A stretch of 64,000 nucleotides of DNA from Calditrichia bacterium. GTDB taxonomy: Bacteria; Calditrichota; Calditrichia; RBG-13-44-9; J075. Of the stretch, positions 51,459 to 59,699 are shown piece after piece; position 1 is the first letter of the stretch; every line of letters starts with the position of its first letter. The stretch lies in NCBI GenBank assembly GCA_965227145.1, contig OZ245730.1, forward strand, positions 451,661 to 515,660. The letters are read 5' to 3'. The notes beneath the pieces were generated by a model. The model made no database searches, was not told the DNA's origin, and worked only from the letters and a program-made list of their open reading frames with translations. The position numbers were made by a program, and so were the translations under genes.

Positions 51459-52370
51459 ATGATTAACTATATTGATGGAAAGTTTTTTGCTTCGCCTGCT
51501 CAAGTGTTTGTAAATACTGTGAATACTGTTGGTGTTATGGGCAAAGGTGTTGCAAAGGTATTCAAAGATATTTATCCCGATATGTTTAAAATTTATCAGA
51601 AATTATGTGATTCTCATGAGTTAGGGATTGGGAAATTACAGCTATACAGAAGCTCAAATAAGTGGATTTTAAACTTCCCAACTAAAAAAGATTGGCGGCA
51701 TCCTTCGAAGGTAGAGTATGTAGAGGCCGGGTTAAAAACATTTGTGGATTCATATGTTGATATGGGTATAAATAGCATTGGGTTTCCTGCGCTTGGATGT
51801 GGGAATGGCGGGCTTGACTTTGAAAAGCAGGTTAAACCACTGATGGAAAAATATTTGTCAAACCTGCCAATTGCCATTTTTATTTATCCCCATAAACATA
51901 ATTATGGGCTACCTGAGCATACAGATAAAGCTGGTATGAAAAAGTGGCTTCAGTCGGAACCGTACTTTCTGCCATTTTCCGAAGTTTGGAAGGACTTGGT
52001 GAATACTCTTGAAAGTCGAAAGCACTTTAATACGCTTGACAAAAATACGCCATTTGAAGCAATTTTGGATAATTTGGCAGTTATCAAAATAACTACATCA
52101 TGTGATGTTCTCTATGTCCACAAAGAAGATACAATGGACTTTTGGCAACAAATAAGAAGCTACGGTTTCATATCAAGTATGGACGCACCCTCGGGACTAA
52201 ACCAAATTTTTTACTATTTATCCCCGATTTTTAGTGTACTAGGCTATATCAAAGTTATCAGATTAGTTAATGAAAATGTTGCAAGAAGCATTTATGGCTT
52301 ACAATACTTTGAACCTTACGTTTATAACAATATGATTTATGACGCTGATGAACATTTAAATTTCTATTAA
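51459..52370 (+). CDS. macro-domain (ADP-ribose binding/hydrolase) protein with ~150-aa C-terminal extension
   Basis: Macro motifs VFVNTVNTVGVMGKGVAKVF (cf. VNAAN…GGGV…AI) and NSIGFPALGCGNGGLD (cf. IAFPAISTGVYG). AT-rich cassette. Confidence 0.75.
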   Translation: MINYIDGKFFASPAQVFVNTVNTVGVMGKGVAKVFKDIYPDMFKIYQKLCDSHELGIGKLQLYRSSNKWILNFPTKKDWRHPSKVEYVEAGLKTFVDSYVDMGINSIGFPALGCGNGGLDFEKQVKPLMEKYLSNLPIAIFIYPHKHNYGLPEHTDKAGMKKWLQSEPYFLPFSEVWKDLVNTLESRKHFNTLDKNTPFEAILDNLAVIKITTSCDVLYVHKEDTMDFWQQIRSYGFISSMDAPSGLNQIFYYLSPIFSVLGYIKVIRLVNENVARSIYGLQYFEPYVYNNMIYDADEHLNFY

Positions 52371-52519
52371 AACAACAAGGAAAATGTCTGGTATTTGATC
52401 AAAACTCTTTTTACGCCGTTGATTCTTTCTAAATAATAACAAGCAGTTGAATTATTGGATCAATTTTCATAAATATGCTTAAGAATTGAAACAAGAATAG
52501 CGTGGAGAATATTTGCTTG

Positions 52520-53443
52520 ATGAAAAATGGACTATATATGGATTCAGAACATATTTTAATAAAAGGGGACACCCTTAAAAATTTAAAAAAAATCGAATCG
52601 GACAAATTCGATTTAACAATCACGTCTCCACCTTACAACATTGGTAAGGCATATGAAACCAAAATGTCAATTGAAAAATACTTAGAGCTCCAGGAAGAGG
52701 TGATTGCGGAGCTGGTTAGAGTTACGTCGAGCCGAGGTAGCATTTGCTGGCAGGTTGGTAATTATGTGGATAATGGTGAAATTTTTCCTTTAGATATTTA
52801 CTACTATCAAATTTTCAAAAAGCTAAATCTAAAGTTAAGAAATAGGATAATCTGGCACTTTGGACACGGGCTGCATGCGTCTAACCGATTTTCGGGTAGA
52901 TACGAAACTATTTTGTGGTTTACAAAAACTGATAACTATATTTTTAACCTTGATGACGTTAGAATCCCCTCTAAATACCCCGGAAAAAGACACTTTAAGG
53001 GCCCAAACAAAGGCAAGCCATCTGGTAACCCAAAGGGTAAAAACCCTTCGGATATATGGGAAATCATTATGGGCGACTGGGAAAAGGGGCTTTGGGATAT
53101 TCCTAACGTAAAATCAAATCATCCTGAGAAAACGTCTCACCCCTGCCAGTATCCGGTTGAGCTAATTGAAAGATGCATATTAGCTCTAACTAATAACGAC
53201 AGCTGGGTTTTAGATCCATATGTAGGGGTAGGATCGACGGCAATAGCAGCGATCAAAAACGGGCGTAGTGTAGTCGGGATTGACAAAGAAGAAAATTATA
53301 TAAAAATTGCCAACGAGCGAATTCGGGACTTCAAAGTTGGAAAACTTAGACTAAGACCTATCAATAAGCCCATACACAAGCCAAGCCCAAATGACAAAGT
53401 TGCGCGAATTCCGGACGAATGGAATATAGGTAACCCAAAATGA
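52520..53443 (+). CDS. beta-class amino-DNA methyltransferase (N4-cytosine/N6-adenine, SPPY motif)
   Basis: FDLTITSPPYNIG catalytic motif near the N-terminus. AdoMet motif in the C-terminal part (VLDPYVGVGSTAIAA). Start ambiguous (GTG 52502 / ATG 52520 / ATG 52538). Confidence 0.8.
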   Translation: MKNGLYMDSEHILIKGDTLKNLKKIESDKFDLTITSPPYNIGKAYETKMSIEKYLELQEEVIAELVRVTSSRGSICWQVGNYVDNGEIFPLDIYYYQIFKKLNLKLRNRIIWHFGHGLHASNRFSGRYETILWFTKTDNYIFNLDDVRIPSKYPGKRHFKGPNKGKPSGNPKGKNPSDIWEIIMGDWEKGLWDIPNVKSNHPEKTSHPCQYPVELIERCILALTNNDSWVLDPYVGVGSTAIAAIKNGRSVVGIDKEENYIKIANERIRDFKVGKLRLRPINKPIHKPSPNDKVARIPDEWNIGNPK

Positions 53444-54054
53444 GAATATCCCAAAAGTATTCACACCTGAACGGCGAGGAGTTTCTGATTGTGCATCACA
53501 ACGACATTTATCAAGAAATAAAGGATGTCGTTAGTTCGATAGATGCTAATGTGTATAGGACAAAGGTTAGCCAGGAAAAGAGATCGCCTGGTAAGCTACT
53601 TTATAGCCCGGTTGATATCAACCAAGCTCTAAAGGAAGAGTTTGCAAGTAGAGGTTGGAACGAATCAAGGTATTCCTACTACATAACGCTTAACAGGCAA
53701 CTCATGGAAGAAAGCCTGAAGATGGATATACAGGAACAACGGAAGTTCTTCATTGAAAATGGTGACGCCGAGCCGATTTACTCATACAATCAAACAGACT
53801 TTCTTAAGGACCTGATCGCAATAGAAGTTCAGTTTGGTAAATACGCGTTTGTCGCGTATGATCTATTTGTTAAGCATATGCTATTTTTTTCCGGCGGAAA
53901 AATTAATCTGGGAGTAGAAATTCTACCAACCAAGGTAATGCAGAGAGAAATGTCATCCGGAATTGCCTATTTCGAAGGCGAGGTCTATAACGTAATGCGT
54001 CAAGGAAGAACAAGCCCCCCCGTTCCTTTACTCATATTAGGGATTGAACCGTAG
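53440..54054 (+). CDS. BglII/BamHI-family Type IIP restriction endonuclease-like protein
   Basis: Start overlaps the MTase stop (ATGA). The segment LKDLIAIEVQFGKYAF closely resembles the BglII active-site strand (…RDTLVEVQFSNYPF…, Glu/Gln pair). The N-terminus is also BglII-like. Confidence 0.6.
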   Translation: MRISQKYSHLNGEEFLIVHHNDIYQEIKDVVSSIDANVYRTKVSQEKRSPGKLLYSPVDINQALKEEFASRGWNESRYSYYITLNRQLMEESLKMDIQEQRKFFIENGDAEPIYSYNQTDFLKDLIAIEVQFGKYAFVAYDLFVKHMLFFSGGKINLGVEILPTKVMQREMSSGIAYFEGEVYNVMRQGRTSPPVPLLILGIEP

Positions 54055-54417
54055 GTAAGCCATTCAGCATTCATAAAGGAATATCGGTCGTAGAAAGCTG
54101 CTTTATAAAAAATTGACACTCGCCTATTGCTTTCGTCATCAATCAGGCCGCTCCACATGAAATATTCCGTTTTTTTCCATCCGTCAGGAAGTTGTGTTTG
54201 GCAGAAGAGCGGGTCACCCGCCATCTGCTCGCCGAATACTATGTTGGTGGAATCCGGTTTTTCCACATTGGAGCACTTTATACCTGCTTTAGAATAGAAA
54301 ATGGATGGTTACCTGGCATACAAAGTTGTGTATAAGCACGTTCTCAATTTATTCTGAACCTCACTTCATAAAACCCCTCCATATCTGCCTTATGTTTCTC
54401 CTAAAAAAGGAGAAGCC

Positions 54418-54708
54418 ATGGATTTACAACAAATTTTCGTTCAGCTGATCGGGTTACTGTCGCTGATCGTGGGCAATACGCTTGCCGACGAGATCAGCGA
54501 GGAAACGCGGGCGTTGCTCCAGCAGGTCGTTCCTAACGTTTACTCGGCGACCAAGTTTGCGCTGCCGCCCATCGTGATCAAGACACCAAACGTCATCGAC
54601 GACGCCGGCAATATGGAGGTCTCGGAGATCTGCGAGGTGATTGCCGCGAAGTATGGGCTGGAGCTGAATCCGGAAAACGTCAACCTGAAGCTGCTGTTCA
54701 AAAAGTGA
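54418..54708 (+). CDS. hypothetical protein
   Basis: 96-aa ORF with RBS aaaaggagaagcc. Confidence 0.35.
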   Translation: MDLQQIFVQLIGLLSLIVGNTLADEISEETRALLQQVVPNVYSATKFALPPIVIKTPNVIDDAGNMEVSEICEVIAAKYGLELNPENVNLKLLFKK

Positions 54709-55115
54709 CGGGCAGCTTCCACGACCGAAGCCCGGCAGACGCGCGCGGCTATTTGCTCTCCGAGTATGGCTACGGCTTCCATCTTGGGGAGCACTTCAAC
54801 CTGGGCGAGCTTGCCTCGCGGGACGGGGCGGATTTTGTGATCGTTCACCCGGACCTGGTCTGGCTGCTCGAGGCGATACGGGCGGAGTTTGGCGTAATCC
54901 ACATAAACAGTGGCTACCGGACGCCCATGCACAACGCCCGAATCGGCGGGAAGCCGTGCAGCTACCACATTATGGGCATGGCGGCGGATATCGTTTCCCG
55001 GCGGGCAAAGCCCTCCGATGTTGGCAGGTTTGCCGAAAGCCTGGGCGCCGGCGGGGTCGGCATTTATGCATCATTTACCCACGTGGATGTGGGCAAATCA
55101 TTCAGGAGGTGGTGA
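54705..55115 (+). CDS. peptidase M15-like (zinc D-Ala-D-Ala carboxypeptidase fold) protein
   Basis: Segment INSGYRTPMHNARIGGKPCSYHIMGMAADI matches the H…D…H metal-ligand pattern of M15/YcbK-like peptidases. Confidence 0.55.
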   Translation: MTGSFHDRSPADARGYLLSEYGYGFHLGEHFNLGELASRDGADFVIVHPDLVWLLEAIRAEFGVIHINSGYRTPMHNARIGGKPCSYHIMGMAADIVSRRAKPSDVGRFAESLGAGGVGIYASFTHVDVGKSFRRW

Positions 55116-55116
55116 C

Positions 55117-55275
55117 ATGTTCAAAAAAGTCTGGTCGGCAGCCAAGTGGCTGTATAATAACATCGAGGAGATCAAGGAGATCATCGAGCTTTTGAAAAAT
55201 AGCCCGAAGGCGAAGATCGCGGTTGCCCGGCTGGCCCACGAGATCCGCAAGGAGCAGGAAGGGAGCCAGGCGTAA
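55117..55275 (+). CDS. small hypothetical protein
   Basis: 52 aa; RBS ggaggtgg. Confidence 0.3.
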   Translation: MFKKVWSAAKWLYNNIEEIKEIIELLKNSPKAKIAVARLAHEIRKEQEGSQA

Positions 55276-55595
55276 TGCAGGAGGCGCTGAACATTGCCGC
55301 AGAGCAGGCGCCGACCCTGTTTGTGCTGGTTTTTCTGGTGGTGATCTTCATTTTGTCCACCCGAAAAACCACAAAGTCGTTCCTGGAGCACCTGGACCAT
55401 AAGGACATCCGGACCGAGCAGATGGTGGATAAAATGGCGGAAACGGTCGAGCGAAACACCGACAAGATGAACGCCGCCATCGAGAAAAACACCGACAAGA
55501 TCAACTCGGCGCTGGAGCGGAATACCGAGATGCTCACGCATGTGCGGATAGTCCTGGACACCAAAAAGCAAAGTGGGAGAAATGAGCAAGCATAA
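55275..55595 (+). CDS. small membrane protein with repeated ERNTDK units
   Basis: TM helix LFVLVFLVVIFIL. Internal repeats VERNTDKMNAAIEKNTDKINSALERNTEM. Confidence 0.35.
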   Translation: MQEALNIAAEQAPTLFVLVFLVVIFILSTRKTTKSFLEHLDHKDIRTEQMVDKMAETVERNTDKMNAAIEKNTDKINSALERNTEMLTHVRIVLDTKKQSGRNEQA

Positions 55596-56112
55596 CCTGA
55601 AGTATGTCTCGCCGCACGAGATCACGCCGTATTATAACAACCCGCGAAACAACGACGCGGCGGTCCCGAAGGTGGCGGAATCGATACAGGCTTACGGATT
55701 CCAGCAGCCCATTCTGGTGGATGAAAATATGGAGATCCTCGCCGGCCACACCCGCTGGAAGGCGGCGCTGGTCCTGAATTTGGAGAAGGTGCCGGTGGTG
55801 GTTTCGCATGGGCTGGACGAGAAGCAAAAGCGCGCCTACCGGATCGCGGATAACCGCTTTGGCGAGCTGGTGGACTGGGATTTCCAGAAGCTGTTTGTGG
55901 AGCTGAAGGACCTGGACGGGATGCCGGTGGGCTTTACAGCGGAGGAGCTGGAGGCGAAAATCGGCGGGGAGAACGATCCTTTTGACGACAAGGGCATCTC
56001 GGATATGAGCCAGTATGGCGTGATCATCATTTGCGACGACGCGGCGCATCAGGAGAAAGTTTACACGGATCTGTCCGACGCCGGCTATACCTGCAAGGTG
56101 GTGGTGACATGA
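55573..56112 (+). CDS. ParB-like nuclease (ParB/Srx) domain protein
   Basis: Segment QPILVDENMEILAGHTRWKAA matches the ParB N-terminal domain signature (…DG.HR..AA). Confidence 0.7.
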   Translation: MGEMSKHNLKYVSPHEITPYYNNPRNNDAAVPKVAESIQAYGFQQPILVDENMEILAGHTRWKAALVLNLEKVPVVVSHGLDEKQKRAYRIADNRFGELVDWDFQKLFVELKDLDGMPVGFTAEELEAKIGGENDPFDDKGISDMSQYGVIIICDDAAHQEKVYTDLSDAGYTCKVVVT

Positions 56113-56804
56113 TTATCCAGGTGCGCAACAAAACGAAGAATTTCAACGGCTACCGGGCGGCGCGGGTTAAGTCCCTGTTCAACGCTGAGCGCGGCGATAC
56201 TTTCGAGCTGGACGCCAACCTGCCCATTGAAGACCTGGACTGGCAGATCGGGCTGGTCGTTGGCGGCAGCGGGTCGGGCAAAACCTCCATCGGGCGGGCG
56301 CTATTTGGCGGCGGGAAGCTGGTCGATTTGTATGCCGGCTGGGATCCGGATTTGCCGATCGTTGAGGCGATTTCTCCGGAAAGCGATTTCGACACGATCA
56401 CCGGCGCTTTGGCGAACGTCGGGCTGGGCGATGTGCCCAGCTGGCTGCGACCGTTTCATGCATTGAGTAACGGGCAGCAGTTCCGGGCGGGGCTGGCTCG
56501 GGTGATTGTCGAGGCGCCGGATCAGGCGGTGATCGATGAATTTACGTCGGTGGTGGATCGCCAGATCGCCAAAATCGGCGCGATGGCGTTTGCCAAGGGC
56601 TGGCGCAGAAACAAGGGAAAGCAGATTGTTTTGCTCTCCTGCCACTACGATATCGTTGAGTGGCTGCAGCCGGACTGGGTATTTGATACCGGCGCCGGCG
56701 AGCTTAAAAAAAAAGCCAAATCGGGGAGCGCCCCAGCTTCGAGCTGGAAGTTTGGAAGGTCAACGGCGCTTACTGGAAGCTTTTTAAGGAGCATTACTAT
56801 TTAG
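56109..56804 (+). CDS. ABC-type ATPase domain protein (probably continues by frameshift into downstream GNAT frame)
   Basis: Walker A (GGSGSGKTS), ABC signature-like (LSNGQQFRAGLARVIV), Walker B (AVIDEFTSVVD). The frame terminates 90 nt after an A9 run. The GNAT frame is open from 56708. Confidence 0.6.
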   Translation: MIIQVRNKTKNFNGYRAARVKSLFNAERGDTFELDANLPIEDLDWQIGLVVGGSGSGKTSIGRALFGGGKLVDLYAGWDPDLPIVEAISPESDFDTITGALANVGLGDVPSWLRPFHALSNGQQFRAGLARVIVEAPDQAVIDEFTSVVDRQIAKIGAMAFAKGWRRNKGKQIVLLSCHYDIVEWLQPDWVFDTGAGELKKKAKSGSAPASSWKFGRSTALTGSFLRSITI

Positions 56805-56812
56805 ACCTGCCC

Positions 56813-57226
56813 ATGCCGCCGGCGTCGGAGTATTTCGTTGGGACGGTGGACGGCGAGCTGGTGTCGCACCTGGCGGTTCAGCCGTTTTTCACCGCCAACG
56901 CCTACCGGGCGACCCGGCTGGTGGTCATGCCTGAGTGGCAGGGCGCCGGCGTCGGGACGAAGTTTCTGGAGTATGTTTGCGAGCTGCACAAGCAGGGCTT
57001 GGGTCGCTGCGAGAGAAGGCTTCCGACCCTGTTTCACACCAGCCACCCGCAGCTGATCGGCTACCTGAAGCGCAGCCGGAAGTGGGTGCTGAAGTCCCAG
57101 CAGATTTTTGGCGGAAACAAGGCAAAGAGCGCAAGAAGCCTGACCAAAGCCGGCTCGAAAATCACCTCCGGCTATGGCGGGCACTTCCGGGCGGTGCAGG
57201 GATTCAAATACATTGGAGAAAAATGA
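56813..57226 (+). CDS. GNAT-family acyltransferase domain (open frame extends upstream to 56708)
   Basis: Acyl-CoA binding motif (MPEWQGAGVGTKFLEYV) and the beta-strand pattern of GNATs. Confidence 0.55.
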   Translation: MPPASEYFVGTVDGELVSHLAVQPFFTANAYRATRLVVMPEWQGAGVGTKFLEYVCELHKQGLGRCERRLPTLFHTSHPQLIGYLKRSRKWVLKSQQIFGGNKAKSARSLTKAGSKITSGYGGHFRAVQGFKYIGEK

Positions 57227-57915
57227 TCGGCGTAATGACAGAGCAGGATGCAACAAGCCTTTTTGAGTCCCGAAAGGCAGCAAAGCCCTTCCGGGTCTTC
57301 ATCAGCGGGCAGAAGTTTTTCGGGCAGGAAGTCCTGCAGCTTTGCCTGAATTTTGGCTTTGATGTCGCCGGCGTTTGCTGCCCGGTGGGCGACAAGTACC
57401 TGGGCAGGCTGGCAGCGCTGAACGGTATCCCCGTGATGCCATCGGGAAGCCTGACGGCGGAGACCATGCCCGACCGGGTCGATCTGGGCATTGCGGCGCA
57501 TTCGTTTGACTACATCGGCAGGCGGACGAGATACCGGGCGAGGCTCGGCTGGATCGGCTATCACCCCAGCCTGTTGCCGCGGCACCGGGGGCGCTCGAGC
57601 ATCGAGTGGGCGTTGCGGATGCGGGATATCGTCACCGGCGGGACCATTTACTGGCTGAACGACGGGATCGACCGCGGCGATATCGAGCGGCAGGGCTGGA
57701 TCTGGCTGGATCACTCCAGGACTGCAGCCGAGGTTTGGCGGGGCGAGCTGCTCCCGCTGGGGCTTCGCTTGATGGGCGAGGCGCTTTCTGATATTTCCCG
57801 CGGCGTGGTCAACCGGCAGCCGCAGGATAACCGATTTTCAACCTTTGAGCCTTCGCTGGAGGGCATCAGGGATATCTACAAACCCGATATGTTAATGCTT
57901 ACAGATGGCAGATAA
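57226..57915 (+). CDS. formyltransferase, Fmt/PurN/ArnA N-domain-like (catalytic domain only)
   Basis: Colinear with Fmt (RVFISGQKFFGQEVL…; GIPVM; LGWIGYHPSLLPRHRGRSSIEWAL; GGTIYWLNDGIDRGDI; QPQDNRFSTFEPSL). SLLPxxRG signature. Catalytic His and Asp present; the Asn of the N-x-H pair is replaced by Gly. Confidence 0.8.
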   Translation: MGVMTEQDATSLFESRKAAKPFRVFISGQKFFGQEVLQLCLNFGFDVAGVCCPVGDKYLGRLAALNGIPVMPSGSLTAETMPDRVDLGIAAHSFDYIGRRTRYRARLGWIGYHPSLLPRHRGRSSIEWALRMRDIVTGGTIYWLNDGIDRGDIERQGWIWLDHSRTAAEVWRGELLPLGLRLMGEALSDISRGVVNRQPQDNRFSTFEPSLEGIRDIYKPDMLMLTDGR

Positions 57916-58353
57916 GTGGCACGCAGTAAATACAACGAGGATTTCCCGCTATTGGCGGAAGGCTACGCGCGGGAGGGGCTCAACGATGAACAAATCGCGG
58001 CGAAGTTGGGAATTTCAAAGCCAACTTTTTATGAGTATCAAAAGCGCTATCCAGACTTTTTTAACTCCATAAAAAGGGGTAAGGCGCCGGTTGATACCGA
58101 GGTCGAGAATTCGCTGCTGCGGAACGCGCTTGGCTTTGAGTATGAGGAAACAACCCAGGAAATCAGGATCATCAATGGCAAAGAATATAAAACTATCCGG
58201 AAAACGAAAAAGTTTGTTGTGCCCAGCACGACTGCCCAGATCTTCTGGCTTAAGAACCGCAAGCCCCACAGGTGGCGGGATAAGCAGGAAATTCTTATTG
58301 GCAATGATGTTGATATCAACGTTTCTTTGCGGGAAACCGATGCCGACGATTAA
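57916..58353 (+). CDS. terminase small subunit
   Basis: HTH segment LNDEQIAAKLGISKPTFYEYQKRY. Sits immediately upstream of, and overlaps, the large-subunit gene. GTG start. Confidence 0.6.
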   Translation: MARSKYNEDFPLLAEGYAREGLNDEQIAAKLGISKPTFYEYQKRYPDFFNSIKRGKAPVDTEVENSLLRNALGFEYEETTQEIRIINGKEYKTIRKTKKFVVPSTTAQIFWLKNRKPHRWRDKQEILIGNDVDINVSLRETDADD

Positions 58354-59551
58354 TGTCACTATCGACCCTGCCGTTTTTAACGCCACCTACCTGCCTTACC
58401 TGGATTATACCGGCAAGCGCTTTGAGGTGCTTTACGGCGGCGCAGGCTCGGGCAAGTCCGTGTTTATTGCCCAGCGCAAGGTTTACCACCACCTGAAGTA
58501 TAAGGGGCGGAAAACGCTGGTTATCCGGAAGGTCGGGCGGACGCTGCGGCACTCGGTTTTTTCGGAGGTCGCCGGCGTTATCAGCAGCTGGAACCTCGGG
58601 CAGATTTTCCAGGTGAACAAGTCCGATCTGGAGATCCATAACCGCGTGAACGGTAACCAATTTATTTTCAGCGGGTTAGATGATGTTGAAAAGATGAAGT
58701 CCATCGCGGGGATCACCGATATCTGGATTGAGGAAGCCAGCGAGATCAGCGAGGACGATTTCAAGCAGCTGAACCTGCGGCTTCGCGGCGCATCCAAGGC
58801 GATGAAGCAGATCACCCTTTCGTTCAACCCGGTTTCGGCGCTGTCCTGGCTGAAGAAGCGCTTTTTTGACCGGCGGGACGAGAATGTTCTGAAACTCAAA
58901 ACGACCTACATCGACAACCGTTTTCTGGATCCGGACGACGTGGCGGAGATCGAGGCGCTGAAGGAAATCGATCCGGTGTATTGGCGGATTTACGGCTTGG
59001 GCGAGTGGGGCGTGCTGGGCGACCTGGTTTATACCAACTGGGAAATCCGGGATTTTGACCCGGATCTGAAGCTTTTCCCGCGGCAGTATAACGGGCTGGA
59101 CTGGGGCTTTAACGATCCCGCGGCTGCGATCAAGGTGGCTTTCAAGGATGCGGAAATTTATGTCCTGAACGAGCTGTATGTGAAGGGCATGGACAACAGC
59201 GAGCTGATGGCGGAGGCGCCGGCGGTGTTCAGCAAGGCGGGCGATTCGATTATCGCGGACAGCTCGGAGCCGGCGCGAATCAAGGAGTGGAAAAAGAACG
59301 GCTGGAAAATCCGGGGCGCGAAAAAGGGCAAGGACTCGGTGTCCTTCGGCATCGATTTTGTGCGGCGCCACAGGGTGATCATCCATCCAACCTGCCAGAG
59401 TTTTATCAACGAAATCCAGGCGTATTGCTACCGGAAGGATAAGGACGGCAACACGCTGGAGGAGCCGGTCGATTTTAACAACCATTTGATGGATGCGCTC
59501 CGCTATGCCCTGGAGCCGATTGCCCACGAAAGACAACTGAGGTTTGCCTGA
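58340..59551 (+). CDS. terminase large subunit (PBSX/XtmB-like)
   Basis: Walker A (YGGAGSGKSVFIAQRK) and an ATPase/nuclease two-domain length (404 aa). The ATG at 58340 is preferred over the longer upstream extension. Confidence 0.8.
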   Translation: MPTINVTIDPAVFNATYLPYLDYTGKRFEVLYGGAGSGKSVFIAQRKVYHHLKYKGRKTLVIRKVGRTLRHSVFSEVAGVISSWNLGQIFQVNKSDLEIHNRVNGNQFIFSGLDDVEKMKSIAGITDIWIEEASEISEDDFKQLNLRLRGASKAMKQITLSFNPVSALSWLKKRFFDRRDENVLKLKTTYIDNRFLDPDDVAEIEALKEIDPVYWRIYGLGEWGVLGDLVYTNWEIRDFDPDLKLFPRQYNGLDWGFNDPAAAIKVAFKDAEIYVLNELYVKGMDNSELMAEAPAVFSKAGDSIIADSSEPARIKEWKKNGWKIRGAKKGKDSVSFGIDFVRRHRVIIHPTCQSFINEIQAYCYRKDKDGNTLEEPVDFNNHLMDALRYALEPIAHERQLRFA

Positions 59552-59699
59552 TGTTTGCACTTTTTGCTTGACCAAAAAGTGCGCAAAAAGTCAAGACGAT
59601 TTTAAACTCGCCATCCTGGCTCGAACAGTAAAATCGTCGGGTGCATCCCTGCAAGAGGGGAAAAGACAAAAGATTAAAGATGAAAGATGGGATTGAAAA

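Noticed and set aside
54000-54266. 88-aa minus ORF overlapping the 3' end of the REase gene
   Set aside because: It overlaps the BglII-like gene by ~55 nt on the opposite strand. It has no motif or RBS support; likely spurious.
55573-56112. Link between the ParB-like protein and the TGT/DpdA-like domain at 37-39 kb as a Dpd-type (DpdA+DpdB) 7-deazaguanine DNA modification system
   Set aside because: The two genes are ~17 kb apart and on opposite strands. They also lie in compositionally different DNA. No preQ0 biosynthesis genes (QueC/D/E, FolE) are visible. The ParB-like gene is better explained as the common terminase-proximal phage gene.
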